Of a stretch of DNA of 64,000 nt, positions 34,245 through 46,932 are shown one piece after another. The notes below the pieces were generated by a model. The model was not told where the DNA came from. It saw only the letters and a list, made by a program, of their open reading frames with translations, and did not search any database. The DNA is from Nitrospirota bacterium (lineage in GTDB: Bacteria; Nitrospirota; Nitrospiria; Nitrospirales; Nitrospiraceae). Position 1 is the stretch's first letter, and each line of letters begins with the position of its first letter. The DNA lies in the NCBI GenBank assembly GCA_963701855.1, contig CAVPBK010000004.1, positions 128,001 through 192,000 on the forward strand, given 5' to 3'. The position numbers and the translations under genes are program-made.

Positions 34245-34897
34245 GTTCCCCGGTACGGTGCCAGCTCCTGCGAGAGATGCCGAAAGACGATATCCACTGC
34301 ACCCGATGCATCCATAGGAAACAATAACTGCCGTTCATCGTAATAGCGGACAAGTGGGGCCGTCTGTTCGTCATAGACTTTCAGACGCATCTCGATCGCA
34401 TCGCGGCGATCGTCGCTGCGCTGCACGAGCGGCTCTCCGCATCGATCGCAAATCCCATCCACCTTGGACGGCGCAAAGTCTACATGGAACGTCGCTTGAC
34501 ACTTCGGGCAACTTCGGCGACCGCTCAATCTCCTCACGACATCCTCGCGCGAAACCTGAAAATTCACAACCCGGTCCAACGCAACCCCTTTGGATGTCAA
34601 CACCGTTCCCAATGCTTCTGCCTGTGGAACAGTTCTGGGAAATCCATCCAGAACGAATCCATTCGCGCAGCTGAGATCGGCTAACTTTTCCCTGACTAGT
34701 CCAATCACCACGGCGTCAGGAACCAAGTTCCCCTGATCCATATAACTCTTCGCCTCAAGGCCCAGCATAGTCCGGTTGCGCACCGCCTCGCGAAGAAGAT
34801 CACCGGTCGAGATCTTTGCCACCTGATACTGTGCCGCGATACGGTCAGCCTGAGTCCCCTTGCCTACTCCTGGTGCGCCGAGAAACACCACCCGCAT
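34241..34897 (-). CDS. adk: Adenylate kinase with Zn-binding LID
   Basis: GAPGVGKGTQ, STGDLLR, LDGFPR and CxxC...CxxC. Confidence 0.97.
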   Translation of the reverse strand: MRVVFLGAPGVGKGTQADRIAAQYQVAKISTGDLLREAVRNRTMLGLEAKSYMDQGNLVPDAVVIGLVREKLADLSCANGFVLDGFPRTVPQAEALGTVLTSKGVALDRVVNFQVSREDVVRRLSGRRSCPKCQATFHVDFAPSKVDGICDRCGEPLVQRSDDRRDAIEMRLKVYDEQTAPLVRYYDERQLLFPMDASGAVDIVFRHLSQELAPYRGT

Positions 34898-34906
34898 GGA
34901 TTTCCC

Positions 34907-36226
34907 TCACCCACTCCGCCCACGAAGCGGGGCCATACCCTTACCAAGAAACCCTTCATAATTCCGCATGAGCATGTGAGACTCAATCTGCTGGGCCGTA
35001 TCAAGTCCGACACCGATCACGATCAGCAGCGAGGTGCCGCCGAAATAGAAAGGCACACCTAGTTTATAGATCAATAACTCAGGGATTACACAGACGATCG
35101 CAAGATAGATCGATCCGGCAAACGTAATTCTCGTGAGCACCTTATAAATATAATCAGAAGTCCGTACTCCGGGACGAATCCCGGGAATGAATCCACCATA
35201 CTTCTTCATGTTGTCCGCCATATCCACTGGGTTTAAAACCACGGCGGTATAAAAGAAACAGAAAAATAGAATAAGGCCAACATACATCAGTGTATATAAT
35301 ATCGACCCGGGCGCGAGTTGGGCGCCAATATCCTTGACCCATGGCGTCTCGAAAAACCCGGCAATCGTCGCAGGAAATGCAATAATGGACGATGCAAAAA
35401 TAGGCGGAATTACTCCCGCGGTATTGATCTTCAACGGAATATGGGTGCTCTGCCCACCGAACACCCTGCGTCCGATGACCCGCTTTGCGTACTGAACCGG
35501 TACTTTCCGCCTCCCGCTTTCGAGGAAGACAATGGCTCCCACCACCACGACCATGAGCAAGGCGAGGGAGACTAGCAAGAAAATACTGAGCTGCCCGACC
35601 TTGTACAGTTCAAATGTCTGGGCGACAGCGGAAGGCAATCGCGCGACAATCCCCGCAAAAATAATCAAGGAAATGCCGTTCCCGATGCCTCGCTCGGTAA
35701 TCTGTTCACCGAGCCACATGAGGAAGCCTGTGCCGGCTGTCAAGGTGATAACCGTCATCAGACGGAATCCCCACCCACCGCTCATTACAAATGCGCCGTT
35801 ATTCATTTGTTCGAGACCTACGGCGATCCCGAAGCCCTGAATCACCGCAATGCCGATCGTCCCGAATCGAGTGTACTGAATAATCTTTTTTCGACCGCGT
35901 TCGCCCTCTTTGGCCAACTTCGTGAGGTGCGGAACAACTACGGTCAGCAGCTGAAGAATGATCGACGCACTGATATAGGGCATAATGCCCAGCGCCAAGA
36001 TCGTCAACCGCGAGAGCGATCCGCCAGAAAAAATATCCAAAAACCCGAGCAACGCGCCGCCTTCCTTTTGCAGAAACTCTGAGAGGGCGTCGCCGTTAAT
36101 CCCGGGCGTAGGAATATGCGCCCCGATCCGATACACTACCAACATCCCCATGGTAAAGAGGATACGGGTGCGCAGCTCGGGAATTTTTAAAATATTCTGA
36201 AAACTGGTCAGGAGTCTCTCAAACAC
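34907..36226 (-). CDS. secY: Preprotein translocase SecY
   Basis: ALGIMPYISASII, WLGEQIT, GGFIPGIRPG and FGGTSLLI. GTG start at 36226. Confidence 0.97.
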   Translation of the reverse strand: MFERLLTSFQNILKIPELRTRILFTMGMLVVYRIGAHIPTPGINGDALSEFLQKEGGALLGFLDIFSGGSLSRLTILALGIMPYISASIILQLLTVVVPHLTKLAKEGERGRKKIIQYTRFGTIGIAVIQGFGIAVGLEQMNNGAFVMSGGWGFRLMTVITLTAGTGFLMWLGEQITERGIGNGISLIIFAGIVARLPSAVAQTFELYKVGQLSIFLLVSLALLMVVVVGAIVFLESGRRKVPVQYAKRVIGRRVFGGQSTHIPLKINTAGVIPPIFASSIIAFPATIAGFFETPWVKDIGAQLAPGSILYTLMYVGLILFFCFFYTAVVLNPVDMADNMKKYGGFIPGIRPGVRTSDYIYKVLTRITFAGSIYLAIVCVIPELLIYKLGVPFYFGGTSLLIVIGVGLDTAQQIESHMLMRNYEGFLGKGMAPLRGRSG

Positions 36227-36674
36227 CGGGGATGACCTCGACTCTCCCTCCAGCTGCTTGAATCTTTGCCTCTGCGGACTTGCTGAACTTATGCGCCTGC
36301 ACCACAATCGCCTTCGTAAGGTCTCCATTTCCAAGGATCTTGATCGGCAACGACTTGCGCTTCACCAAGCCGGCATCGACCAACGTCTGCGGTGTGATGG
36401 TGCCGGGCGTGATCATCTCACTCAAGCTTTTCAGATTGACAATCGAGTACTCTTTGCGAAATATGTTTGTAAAGCCATGCTTCGGCACTCGACGGATCAG
36501 GGACATCTGGCCGCCTTCAAACCCACCCGCCTGTCGACTCCGACCGCCAGACCTGGCTAACAAACCCTTGTGGCCCTTGCCTGATGTTTTCCCATGACCA
36601 GAGCCTGGTCCACGACCGATACGCTTTCGCCGTTTCCTGGATCCTTTTGCAGGAGCGAGATTATGTAAGTTCAT
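36219..36674 (-). CDS. rplO: 50S ribosomal protein L15
   Basis: RIGRGPGSGHGKT and GFEGGQ. Confidence 0.97.
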   Translation of the reverse strand: MNLHNLAPAKGSRKRRKRIGRGPGSGHGKTSGKGHKGLLARSGGRSRQAGGFEGGQMSLIRRVPKHGFTNIFRKEYSIVNLKSLSEMITPGTITPQTLVDAGLVKRKSLPIKILGNGDLTKAIVVQAHKFSKSAEAKIQAAGGRVEVIPGV

Positions 36675-36880
36675 TGTGGCTGCACTTCCAATAGATATCC
36701 AACTTTGCCGATCATCCCTCTGACTTGCGGAGTATTGGGACGAGTCACTCTCTGTCTGATCTTCCTCAAACCGAGACCACTCAAAACAAGCCGATGCTTT
36801 TGCGGTGTGCCGATCGGGCTTCGTCGCAAGGTGATCACGAACCCCTTTGGAGTAGCCGTGGCGGTCTTCACTGTTGGCAT
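36671..36880 (-). CDS. rpmD: 50S ribosomal protein L30
   Basis: ITLRRSPIG...LGLRKI...VRGMI. Confidence 0.95.
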   Translation of the reverse strand: MPTVKTATATPKGFVITLRRSPIGTPQKHRLVLSGLGLRKIRQRVTRPNTPQVRGMIGKVGYLLEVQPQ

Positions 36881-37389
36881 TAGGCACTCACCTTATCCTG
36901 TGCATCGCCCGTCATATTACGGCGCATTTTGAGAACGTCTTCAGCATTGCGGAGTTGACAAAGCCCGTTGAGCGTGGCGCGAACAGTATTAAATGGATTT
37001 CCACGGCCCAGCGTCTTTGCGATGATGTTATGGACGCCGGCGACCTCGACCACCGCCCGAACGGCGCCCCCAGCAATAATTCCTGCCCCCTTCTTTGCCG
37101 GCTTGAGAAGGACATGCTCGGCCCCGAACAGCCCGTGTACCTCATGCGCAATCGTCCCAGACGTGAGGGCGACATGCACAAGGTTTTTCTTGGCCTGCTC
37201 AACCGCCTTCGAGATCGCCACAGGCACTTCCGCAGCCTTCCCTTTCCCGATGCCGACCCATCCCTGTCCATCTCCAACGACAACCAGCGCGCAGAAGTTG
37301 AACCGCTTTCCACCCTTCACGACTTTCGCCACGCGGTTGATAAAGACAACCTTGTCCTTCAGGCTTAGTTCATCTGGATTAACTCGCAC
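36880..37389 (-). CDS. rpsE: 30S ribosomal protein S5
   Basis: [14 protein letters not shown] and GIIAGG. Confidence 0.98.
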   Translation of the reverse strand: MRVNPDELSLKDKVVFINRVAKVVKGGKRFNFCALVVVGDGQGWVGIGKGKAAEVPVAISKAVEQAKKNLVHVALTSGTIAHEVHGLFGAEHVLLKPAKKGAGIIAGGAVRAVVEVAGVHNIIAKTLGRGNPFNTVRATLNGLCQLRNAEDVLKMRRNMTGDAQDKVSA

Positions 37390-37448
37390 CTAACATTTCT
37401 CCTCTTTGTTCCCTTCGCTCCCGCACCGTGGCGGAAACGTGGCACGAT

Positions 37449-37814
37449 CTAGAACTGCAGACCGCCTTCACGTGATGCCTCAGCCAACGCTTTGACGCGT
37501 CCGTGGTACATCCGGCCACCACGATCGAATACCACAGTCTGCACCTTGACGGCTTTAGCCCGTTCGGCTAACAACTTTCCAACAGCCTTTGCGCCGGCAA
37601 TGCTGCCGGTGGATTTCACCGAGGTACGCAAAGACTTATCCAGTGAGGACGCGGCAGCCAACGTGGCCCCCTTGAGATCGTCAACGATCTGGGCGTAGAT
37701 ATGAGCGCGGCTGCGAAACACGTTGAGACGTGGCCGCTCAGCCGTTCCAAAGACTCGATTTCGCACCCGCTGCTTTCGCCTGGTTAACTGACTCGCTTTA
37801 TCTGCAGCATTCAT
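37449..37814 (-). CDS. rplR: 50S ribosomal protein L18
   Basis: RPRLNVFRS and VFDRGG..YHGRV. Confidence 0.98.
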   Translation of the reverse strand: MNAADKASQLTRRKQRVRNRVFGTAERPRLNVFRSRAHIYAQIVDDLKGATLAAASSLDKSLRTSVKSTGSIAGAKAVGKLLAERAKAVKVQTVVFDRGGRMYHGRVKALAEASREGGLQF

Positions 37815-37822
37815 GAATCACC

Positions 37823-38359
37823 TTACTTTCCTGTCTTTCCGGCTTTCTTTCGCAACACTTCCCCGGCATAGCGAACGCCCTTTTGCTTATAGACGTCGGG
37901 AGGCTTGATAGCTCGCAAGTTCGCCGCGACCTGACCCACCAATCGTTTGTCAGCCCCCTTCACATTGATCAGCGTTTGCTTGTCCACCTTCACATCGATT
38001 CCAACAGGAATTGGATAGGTGACTGGGTTGATATAGCCCAAATTGAAGCTCATCGTTCGACCCTGCACAGCGACCTTATATCCCACTCCGGTGATTTCTA
38101 AGTTACGTTCATAGCCCTTTGTCACACCTTGAATAATGTTGCTCAGCTCCGCGCGAGTCAACCCATGCATAGCACGGATTTGTCGATCTTCATTTGAGCG
38201 GCTCACCACGAGCTGTCCATTCGCAACTGAAACCCCAAGGCCCGTAGACAACGACCAATCGATTTTCCCGAGTGGACCTTTCACGGACACGATAGGCCCA
38301 GCAACTTTGACATCCACTCCAGCTGGAATTACGATTGGTCTTTTTCCTATGCGCGACAT
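37823..38359 (-). CDS. rplF: 50S ribosomal protein L6
   Basis: MSRIGKRPI and PDVYKQKGVRY. Confidence 0.98.
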   Translation of the reverse strand: MSRIGKRPIVIPAGVDVKVAGPIVSVKGPLGKIDWSLSTGLGVSVANGQLVVSRSNEDRQIRAMHGLTRAELSNIIQGVTKGYERNLEITGVGYKVAVQGRTMSFNLGYINPVTYPIPVGIDVKVDKQTLINVKGADKRLVGQVAANLRAIKPPDVYKQKGVRYAGEVLRKKAGKTGK

Positions 38360-38414
38360 CGATGCCTCGTTCCTCTAGCCAGCCGTCCATTGACAATCTG
38401 ACTTACTCTGCCCA

Positions 38415-38810
38415 TTACCACACCGCGCACAACACTTCGCCGCCCAATCCAGCACGACGAGAGTCCTGATCCGTCATCAATCCCTTTGAAGTGGACAAGA
38501 TCGCCATGCCAATGCCGTTTTTGACTCGCGGGATGTCTTTGATCCCTACATACACACGGCGGCCAGGCTTACTCACCCGCTGCATGCCGGTGACTATGGG
38601 TTGCCCTTCTGCCACATACCGTAACTGTACTTTCAGCACAGGATGTCCATCCGCGATGTCTGCCTGAACGCTCTGAATATATCCTTCGTTCTGGAGAACC
38701 CGAAGGACTTCGCGCTTGAGACGAGAGGCTGGAACGCTCACAACATCGTGACGTCGCCGAAACCCGTTTTGTAATCGTACTAAGAGGTCGCTAATGGGAT
38801 CTGTAACCAT
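38415..38810 (-). CDS. rpsH: 30S ribosomal protein S8
   Basis: DPISDLL, SKPGRRVY and STSKG. Confidence 0.98.
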   Translation of the reverse strand: MVTDPISDLLVRLQNGFRRRHDVVSVPASRLKREVLRVLQNEGYIQSVQADIADGHPVLKVQLRYVAEGQPIVTGMQRVSKPGRRVYVGIKDIPRVKNGIGMAILSTSKGLMTDQDSRRAGLGGEVLCAVW

Positions 38811-38884
38811 ACCAACCCTTTCGCTAACGTTCGTCGTGTGACCGAATGCAACTTACCAGTCCGGTGATGCAGAAAGTAGATACC

Positions 38885-39070
38885 CTACCAACTCGACTTC
38901 CGAACCCCCGGGATTTCTCCCTTCAGGCTCAGCAACCGAAAGCAAATTCTGCACATGCGAAACCGGCGCAAGAACCCTCTCACACGCCCGCAGATCTCAC
39001 ATCGGTGATAGTCTCTGACTGGAAACTTCGCTTTGACGGCCGATTTATTTCTGAGCGCTAATCTCGACAC
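38885..39070 (-). CDS. rpsN: 30S ribosomal protein S14 (Zn-type)
   Basis: RCEICGR...MCRICFR...[11 protein letters not shown]. Confidence 0.97.
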   Translation of the reverse strand: MSRLALRNKSAVKAKFPVRDYHRCEICGRVRGFLRRFRMCRICFRLLSLKGEIPGVRKSSW

Positions 39071-39091
39071 CTGCAGCTCCTTCGCTTGACA

Positions 39092-39748
39092 TTACGTCCG
39101 GAATGGCATTCCCAAATGTTTCAACAGCGCCCGGCCCTCATCGTTGGTTCTGGCGGTCGTGACAATCGTAATGTCCATTCCATGGATAGATGCAACCTCG
39201 TCATACTTAATCTCGGGGAAAATGAGCTGTTCTTTGAGTCCAAGCGTGTAATTACCTCGGCCATCGAACGACTTTGGCGAGACCCCTCGGAAGTCTCGAA
39301 TCCGTGGCAACGACAACGTCACGAGACGATCGAAAAACTCCCACATCCTACGACTACGCAGTGTGACCTTGGTGCCGATCGGCATCCCTTGGCGCAACTT
39401 GAAAGAGGCAATGGCCTTCTTTGCCTTTGTAATCAGAGGCTTTTGACCAGTAATCGCGCCCAACTCCCCGGCGGCGCTCTCCAACAACTTCACGTTCTGA
39501 ATGGCTTCCCCCATCCCCACGTTCAATACAATCCGCTCAAGCTTCGGGACCTGCATGATGTTTTTATAGCCGAACTCTTTCATGAGTGCGGGCACAACCT
39601 TCTGCAAGTAGGTCTCGCGCATCCGTGGATTGAACTTGGACTCTTCGCTGCCCTCGTCCATTGCCTGCGGTGCCGACGACCCTTCCTTCTTCTTGGGTGA
39701 TCGCCGCTCTGACGTCTTGCCGCCTTTTCCTGATTCAACCTTCGCCAT
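39092..39748 (-). CDS. rplE: 50S ribosomal protein L5 with N-terminal extension
   Basis: [21 protein letters not shown] and FDGRGNY. Confidence 0.97.
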   Translation of the reverse strand: MAKVESGKGGKTSERRSPKKKEGSSAPQAMDEGSEESKFNPRMRETYLQKVVPALMKEFGYKNIMQVPKLERIVLNVGMGEAIQNVKLLESAAGELGAITGQKPLITKAKKAIASFKLRQGMPIGTKVTLRSRRMWEFFDRLVTLSLPRIRDFRGVSPKSFDGRGNYTLGLKEQLIFPEIKYDEVASIHGMDITIVTTARTNDEGRALLKHLGMPFRT

Positions 39749-39763
39749 CTGGCGTCCTCACTC

Positions 39764-40099
39764 CTACTCGACTGAGTCGTTCGATTTTTTGCTGAACCGG
39801 ACCCGCCGACCGTCATCGAGCGTCCGCACTCCAAGCCGGGTCGGCTTCTGCGTCACTGGACAGAGATACATCACATTTGAGACCGCAAAGGGCGCTTCTC
39901 GCTCGAGGATGCCGCCTTGCTTGACTTTCTGATTCGGCTTGGTGTGGCGCTTGATCATGTTCAATTTTTCGACCACAACCTTGCCCGCTCCGGGATCAAC
40001 CGAGAGCACTTTCCCAGACTTGCCACGATCGCGCCCAGCGATCACAACCACCACATCGCCCTTACGAATTCGATTCTTCTGCAATCCCTGCTTATTCAT
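39764..40099 (-). CDS. rplX: 50S ribosomal protein L24
   Basis: [19 protein letters not shown]. Confidence 0.97.
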   Translation of the reverse strand: MNKQGLQKNRIRKGDVVVVIAGRDRGKSGKVLSVDPGAGKVVVEKLNMIKRHTKPNQKVKQGGILEREAPFAVSNVMYLCPVTQKPTRLGVRTLDDGRRVRFSKKSNDSVE

Positions 40100-40118
40100 C
40101 CCACCGTCTCCACCCTCG

Positions 40119-40487
40119 CTACAGCACTTCCGGAGCTAGGGAAATAATCTTCATGAACTTCTTCCACCGCAGCTCGCGCGCAATCGGTCCAAAAATGCGA
40201 GTTCCAACCGGATCACCATCCTTATTGATCAGTACGCAGGCATTCCGATCGAACTTGATATAGGAACCATCATCCCGACGCACTTCCTTGGTTGTTCTCA
40301 CGACCACGGCTCGGCTTACATCGCCCTTCTTGACCGTTGCTGCAGGAATGGCCTCTTTGACAGCCACAACGACAATATCTCCGAGAGAGGCGTACCGACG
40401 CCTGGTTCCCCCAAGCACATGAAAGCACATAGCCTGCTTGGCACCGGAGTTATCGGCCACGTCCATGTATGTATAGCTTTGAATCAT
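40119..40487 (-). CDS. rplN: 50S ribosomal protein L14
   Basis: [15 protein letters not shown] and ISLAPEVL. Confidence 0.98.
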   Translation of the reverse strand: MIQSYTYMDVADNSGAKQAMCFHVLGGTRRRYASLGDIVVVAVKEAIPAATVKKGDVSRAVVVRTTKEVRRDDGSYIKFDRNACVLINKDGDPVGTRIFGPIARELRWKKFMKIISLAPEVL

Positions 40488-40525
40488 AGTCCCGGTGTTT
40501 CCTCTACCCTTCGCACGACCTCAAA

Positions 40526-40792
40526 CTACTCGCCCCGTCCCTTTTCCACGACTTCGATAACCCGCATATGCTTATCTTTACTGATTGGCCTCGTCTCGAC
40601 CATACGCACACGGTCGCCGATCTTGCAGGCATTGTCCTCGTCGTGGGCTTTGAATTTCGTTACCCGTCGAAGCACTTTACGGTAGAGTGGGTGAATAACC
40701 GAACGTTCGATCTCGACGACCACAGTCTTATTCATCTTATTGCTGACCACACGCCCAACCCATTCGCGCCGTTTATTTGCTGACTCTCCCAT
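40526..40792 (-). CDS. rpsQ: 30S ribosomal protein S17
   Basis: [11 protein letters not shown] and ETRPISK. Confidence 0.97.
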   Translation of the reverse strand: MGESANKRREWVGRVVSNKMNKTVVVEIERSVIHPLYRKVLRRVTKFKAHDEDNACKIGDRVRMVETRPISKDKHMRVIEVVEKGRGE

Positions 40793-40794
40793 CC

Positions 40795-41016
40795 TCAAGC
40801 CCCTTTCGCCGCGGTAGAGATTGGATCGGCCTGCGTAAGCTCGTATTGAAGCGTCTTTACCCTGGCAATGGATCGCTTCGTCTTTCGAATCTGCATAGGG
40901 TTTTCCAGCCGCCCAGTTCCCAGCTGAAAACGAAGATTGAAGAGTTCCTGCGTGAGCTGCTGCGTCTTCTCAGCCAACTCCGGCCCCGTGAGCTGCCGTA
41001 ATTCTTTCACATCCAT
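40795..41016 (-). CDS. rpmC: 50S ribosomal protein L29
   Basis: ELFNLRFQ and IARVKT. Confidence 0.96.
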   Translation of the reverse strand: MDVKELRQLTGPELAEKTQQLTQELFNLRFQLGTGRLENPMQIRKTKRSIARVKTLQYELTQADPISTAAKGA

Positions 41017-41055
41017 GAATGCACTCCCTTACCCTTGCGTCCGGTTCGATCGATG

Positions 41056-41469
41056 CTAAAACTCTCCGCGAATGACGCACTTTGTGGCAATGGGCAACTT
41101 ATGCGAAGCCAATCGGAACGCCTCTTTGGCGACATCCGGCGTCACACCATCCATCTCATAAAGAATGCGGCCGGGCTTGACAACGGCGACCCAGTATTCC
41201 GGATTGCCCTTCCCCTTACCCATTCGAGTTTCGGCAGGCTTTTTGGTGATCGGCTTATCGGGGAAAATTCTCGTCCACACCTGGCCACCGCGCTTCACAC
41301 ACCGAGTGATCGCAATGCGCGCCGCCTCAATCTGCCGGCTGGTGATCCAGCCAGGCTCAAGCGCCTTTAGCCCAAACTCTCCGAGGGTAATCTGACTGCC
41401 ACGATAGGCCTTGCCCGTCATGCGTCCCTTCATCATTTTACGGAACTTAACTTTCTTTGGTGCTAACAC
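41056..41469 (-). CDS. rplP: 50S ribosomal protein L16
   Basis: RQIEAAR and ETRMGKGKG. Confidence 0.98.
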   Translation of the reverse strand: MLAPKKVKFRKMMKGRMTGKAYRGSQITLGEFGLKALEPGWITSRQIEAARIAITRCVKRGGQVWTRIFPDKPITKKPAETRMGKGKGNPEYWVAVVKPGRILYEMDGVTPDVAKEAFRLASHKLPIATKCVIRGEF

Positions 41470-41483
41470 AATACCCTCTTGAA

Positions 41484-42155
41484 TTACCCAAGCCTGCGGT
41501 CAAATGACGACTCTTTATTGAGGGGCTGTAACGGAAGGATTTCCCCTTTATAGATCCAGGTCTTGATCCCGATCTGCCCCATCGTTGTGTGGGCTTCGGC
41601 AAACCCGTAGTCAATGTCTGCCCGGAGCGTATGGAGAGGCACACGGCCCTCGCGGTACCATTCTGAACGAGCGATTTCCGCTCCGCCAAGACGCCCCCCC
41701 ACCATGATCTTGATACCCTGGGCTCCAAGACGAAGTGCGGACTGCACACTTCGCTTCATGGCTCGACGAAATGCCACACGCTTTTCTAGCTGAGTAGCGA
41801 CATTTTCACATACCAACTGAGCATCCAGTTCCGGCTTCTTGATTTCTTTCACCGTAATGTAGACCTGGCCGGAGTAGCTCTTCTCCAACTCCGCCTTGAG
41901 CTTGTCTACCTCAGCCCCCTTACGACCGATGATGATACCGGGGCGTGCGGTGTGAATAATCACACGCGTCTGGTCTCCAGATCGTTCGATTTCCACCTTG
42001 GCCACACCGGCATGAAAGAGGCGTTGCTTGACCATCTTGCGAATCCTGATATCCTGATGGAGCAGCTTCGCGTAATCCTTGCTGGCATACCACCGAGATG
42101 ACCAAGTAACGTTGTATCCTAACCGGTACCCGATCGGATGTGTCTTATGCCCCAT
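41484..42155 (-). CDS. rpsC: 30S ribosomal protein S3
   Basis: [13 protein letters not shown] and [13 protein letters not shown]. Confidence 0.98.
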   Translation of the reverse strand: MGHKTHPIGYRLGYNVTWSSRWYASKDYAKLLHQDIRIRKMVKQRLFHAGVAKVEIERSGDQTRVIIHTARPGIIIGRKGAEVDKLKAELEKSYSGQVYITVKEIKKPELDAQLVCENVATQLEKRVAFRRAMKRSVQSALRLGAQGIKIMVGGRLGGAEIARSEWYREGRVPLHTLRADIDYGFAEAHTTMGQIGIKTWIYKGEILPLQPLNKESSFDRRLG

Positions 42156-42211
42156 AACTTCTTGCGCCTCACTCAGACAGGAAATGAATCCACTTCACCA
42201 ACCATCTCTAT

Positions 42212-42565
42212 CTACTTCTTTTCTTTCACGCTGGGAACCGACACGACGACAGTAATGTGACTCATGCGCTTTTGAATCGCATTCGCACGCCCCTGCGACC
42301 GCGACCGAAAGCGTTTCAACGTCGGCCCGCAGTCGACAAATGCCTTAGACACCACCATTGATTCACTATCGCCCATCTCTTTTTGCTCCGCATTGGCCAC
42401 GGCAGATCGCAAAATCTTTTCAACCACCTTCGACGCCTGACGCGGCAACCCCCTGAGCATGGCCAAGGCCATGGGAACTTGCTGCCCACGAATCAAATCG
42501 ACCACTGGGCGGGCCTTCCTAGGAGAAACCCGTACGAACCGTAAAACTGCTTGTGCTTCAGCCAT
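42212..42565 (-). CDS. rplV: 50S ribosomal protein L22
   Basis: VSPRKAR and SAVANAE; ATG at 42565. Confidence 0.97.
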   Translation of the reverse strand: MAEAQAVLRFVRVSPRKARPVVDLIRGQQVPMALAMLRGLPRQASKVVEKILRSAVANAEQKEMGDSESMVVSKAFVDCGPTLKRFRSRSQGRANAIQKRMSHITVVVSVPSVKEKK

Positions 42566-42608
42566 AACCGTCCTATCCAATCGAGTGTGCCGAGACCGTA
42601 ACCTATCC

Positions 42609-42896
42609 CTATTTAAGGGCGACCGATTTTTCTGTCCTGGCGTGCCCATGCCCCTTAAAGAATCTGGTCGGAGCAAACTCACCCAGCTTGTGCCCAACCA
42701 TGTTTTCCGTTACAAAGACAGGAATAAATTTCTTTCCGTTATGAACCGCGAACGTATGCCCGATCATATCTGGAATGACCGTGGACCGTCGCGACCAGGT
42801 CTTAATAATCTTTCGATCCTTATTCTGATTCATCCGCTCCACTTTCTGGAGCAGATGGACGTCAACGAATGCGCCCTTACTGACTGACCTCGGCAT
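42609..42896 (-). CDS. rpsS: 30S ribosomal protein S19
   Basis: KTWSRRS and [11 protein letters not shown]. Confidence 0.98.
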   Translation of the reverse strand: MPRSVSKGAFVDVHLLQKVERMNQNKDRKIIKTWSRRSTVIPDMIGHTFAVHNGKKFIPVFVTENMVGHKLGEFAPTRFFKGHGHARTEKSVALK

Positions 42897-42905
42897 CGCG
42901 TACTC

Positions 42906-43730
42906 CTACTTGCGGCGGGAAATAATGAACTTGTCCGTCGCCTTGTTGTTCCTGGTCTTGTAACCCTTAGTTGGAAGACCCCATGGGGAAACCGGATGAG
43001 GATTGCCCTGTCCAGATTTTCCTTCGCCGCCACCATGCGGGTGATCAACTGGATTCATCACGACTCCGCGCACATTCGGGCGTCGGCCCAACCATCGCAC
43101 CCGACCGGCCTTTCCAACATTAATATTCTCATGATCCGTATTCCCAACCTGTCCGACAGTTGCCATGCAAGTTGAAAGAATTCTCCGCATTTCACCGGAT
43201 CTGAGCCTCACCTGCACATATTCGCCATCACGCCCCATCACCTGAGCGGCGCCACCCGCACTGCGGATCAGCTGTCCGCCTTTCCCAGGCTTCAACTCCA
43301 CATTGTGAATGGTCGTTCCCAACGGCATACTGGAGAGGGGCAACGCATTCCCAGTACGAACCTCTGAGCCAACACCGGACTGCACCACATTCCCGACTTC
43401 TAGGCCAACCGGAGCCAAGATATAGCGCTTCTCGCCATCCTTATAGTGCACCAAGGCAATCCGAGCCGACCGATTAGGATCATATTCAAGGGCAGCAATA
43501 GTCCCTGGAATTCCAGTCTTGTCGCGCCGGAAATCTATTTTTCGATAGAGCCGTTTATGCCCTCCTCCACGGAAACGTACAGTCGTCCGACCATCGTTGT
43601 TCCTCGCACCGGTGCTGCGACGGAATGACGTGAGCGATTTCTCGGGCCTCTTCTTCGACAGCTCTTCTGTCGTTACCGCAGTCATCCCACGACGTCCCGG
43701 CGTCCTCGGCTTATATACTCTGATCCCCAT
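42906..43730 (-). CDS. rplB: 50S ribosomal protein L2
   Basis: EYDPNRSA and [16 protein letters not shown] at 43730. Confidence 0.98.
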   Translation of the reverse strand: MGIRVYKPRTPGRRGMTAVTTEELSKKRPEKSLTSFRRSTGARNNDGRTTVRFRGGGHKRLYRKIDFRRDKTGIPGTIAALEYDPNRSARIALVHYKDGEKRYILAPVGLEVGNVVQSGVGSEVRTGNALPLSSMPLGTTIHNVELKPGKGGQLIRSAGGAAQVMGRDGEYVQVRLRSGEMRRILSTCMATVGQVGNTDHENINVGKAGRVRWLGRRPNVRGVVMNPVDHPHGGGEGKSGQGNPHPVSPWGLPTKGYKTRNNKATDKFIISRRK

Positions 43731-43780
43731 ACAACAGTCGTCCTTCCAGCACACCGAGGCCAGCCCGGTGCAGGTTCCCG

Positions 43781-44074
43781 CTATGCGCTCTCGTAGAGCT
43801 CCAACTTCTCGCCTTCCTTGAGCTTGACAAAGGCCTTTTTCCAATCTGACCGCTTACCAGAGAAGCGCCCCAAGCGCTTCACCTTGCCCCGAACATTCAT
43901 CACATTCACTCGCTCGACCTTCACCTTCAACAATGTTTCAACCGCTTGCTTAATCTGGACACGATTCGCATCCGGGTGAACGAGAAAACCCACCGTGTTA
44001 TTGCTTTCACGCATCGCCGTAATCTTTTCCGTCAGCAACGGCTGCAACAGAATGCTATGGAGATCCACCTTCAT
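43781..44074 (-). CDS. rplW: 50S ribosomal protein L23
   Basis: PLLTEK, IKQAVE and WKKAFV. Confidence 0.97.
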   Translation of the reverse strand: MKVDLHSILLQPLLTEKITAMRESNNTVGFLVHPDANRVQIKQAVETLLKVKVERVNVMNVRGKVKRLGRFSGKRSDWKKAFVKLKEGEKLELYESA

Positions 44075-44694
44075 GCCCAGACCTCCTTCACCCGCGGCAA
44101 CTCACGCTCAAGAATCAGAATCACTTCAGCACGAACAATATCGTAGACGTTCAGTCCTTCAGGCCCCACAACGCACACATTGGGAAGATTGCCTGCAGCT
44201 TGAGCCAATCCAGCATGCCCGGCACCCGCCACAATCAAGGCATAGGCCCCAGCGCCCAAATTGGCCAACGCTTGAGCCAATAGTTTCGTCTTGGGCTGGT
44301 CCAACGACAGACTCGATACGATCACCAATTGACCATCAGCCAACTTTGCCGACAGCGCACTTTGAAGGGCTGCACGATATTTCTTTTTCGGCATGCTGTA
44401 GGAATAATCACGTGGCTTCGGCCCAAACACCGATCCACCATGACGCCATACAGGAGAACGAATCGACCCTGCCCGTGCCCGCCCTGTATGCTTTTGCTTC
44501 CACGGCTTTTTACCGGACCCTGCCACTTCTCCTCGCCGCAATGTCGACGCCGTGCCCTGACGCTCACAGGCACGCTGCATCACCACCGCCTCATGAACTA
44601 AGGCCGAATGTGGTTTACAGCCGAATACTTCTTCGGGAAGATCGACGGATCCGACCTTCTGTCTCTTTAAATCAACGACATCAACCGTGGGCAT
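44071..44694 (-). CDS. rplD: 50S ribosomal protein L4
   Basis: KPWKQKHTGRARAGS and FGPKPRDY. Confidence 0.98.
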   Translation of the reverse strand: MPTVDVVDLKRQKVGSVDLPEEVFGCKPHSALVHEAVVMQRACERQGTASTLRRGEVAGSGKKPWKQKHTGRARAGSIRSPVWRHGGSVFGPKPRDYSYSMPKKKYRAALQSALSAKLADGQLVIVSSLSLDQPKTKLLAQALANLGAGAYALIVAGAGHAGLAQAAGNLPNVCVVGPEGLNVYDIVRAEVILILERELPRVKEVWA

Positions 44695-44697
44695 GCC

Positions 44698-45318
44698 CTA
44701 CCCCTTCTTCGACTTTCTCACCATGATCAGTCCATTTGCCGCACCAGGAATGGCCCCGCGAACGAACAGCAAGTTTTCATCAGGTCTGGATTCAATAACT
44801 CTTAATCTTTGGGCCGTAATCCTCTTCGCCCCCATGTGCCCAGGCAACGTCTTCCCTTTCCAGACACGAGAAGGATAGGAACTAGCACCCATCGAACCGG
44901 GATGACGATGGAACATCGACCCGTGAGATTCTGGGCCACCGGCATAATGATGCCGCTTTACTACCCCCTGAAATCCCTTTCCCTTCGAAATACCGATGAC
45001 ATCCACCCAGTCGCCTTTTTTGAAGATATCGACTTTGATGGATTGTCCCACTGTCACCTCACCGACCTTTTGAAACTCTCTGAGCACACGAGTGGCAGGA
45101 GCTTCCGTCTTCTTCAGATGACCAAGCTCGGCTTTGGACAACTTGCGTTCTTTCACTTCGCCAAAAGACAACTGGACGGATTCGTATCCATCACGCTCTT
45201 TTGTCTTGATCGTAACCACACGGCAAGGACCTGCCTCAATAACGGTCACAGGCGTAAACCGCGTCTCATCAAATATCTGGGTCATTCCTAGCTTTTTACC
45301 CAACAACCCGTTCGTCAT
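44698..45318 (-). CDS. rplC: 50S ribosomal protein L3
   Basis: GKKLGMTQ and SKGKGFQG. Confidence 0.98.
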   Translation of the reverse strand: MTNGLLGKKLGMTQIFDETRFTPVTVIEAGPCRVVTIKTKERDGYESVQLSFGEVKERKLSKAELGHLKKTEAPATRVLREFQKVGEVTVGQSIKVDIFKKGDWVDVIGISKGKGFQGVVKRHHYAGGPESHGSMFHRHPGSMGASSYPSRVWKGKTLPGHMGAKRITAQRLRVIESRPDENLLFVRGAIPGAANGLIMVRKSKKG

Positions 45319-45346
45319 GCGTAACGTTCCTTATCAGTCTCTAGTC

Positions 45347-45661
45347 TTAGAGCTTAATCTCGACATCTACGCCGGCGGCCAAGTTCAACTTCATCAGGGA
45401 ATCCATGGTTTCAGGAGTCGCATCCATGATGTCCATCAAACGCTTGTGAGTCCTGATTTCGAACTGTTCGCGAGCCTTCTTATCTGCATGCGTCGCACTT
45501 TGCACCGTAAACTTCTCGATGCGCGTAGGAAGCGGAATCGGCCCCACAATTTTTGCCCCGCTCCGGCGGACGGTTTCCACAATTTCTGCCACTGACTGGT
45601 CTAAGACGCGGTAATCAAACCCGCGCAATCGAATTCTAATTCTTTGCTCAACCTTAACCAT
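45347..45661 (-). CDS. rpsJ: 30S ribosomal protein S10
   Basis: [16 protein letters not shown] and [11 protein letters not shown]. Confidence 0.97.
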   Translation of the reverse strand: MVKVEQRIRIRLRGFDYRVLDQSVAEIVETVRRSGAKIVGPIPLPTRIEKFTVQSATHADKKAREQFEIRTHKRLMDIMDATPETMDSLMKLNLAAGVDVEIKL

Positions 45662-45688
45662 TCATTCCTCAATTCATCCGGCCAATCA

Positions 45689-46894
<1,206 letters not shown>

Positions 46895-46932
46895 ACCCGC
46901 TCCCTTTCGTCCGCACTCAAGAATCGACTCGA

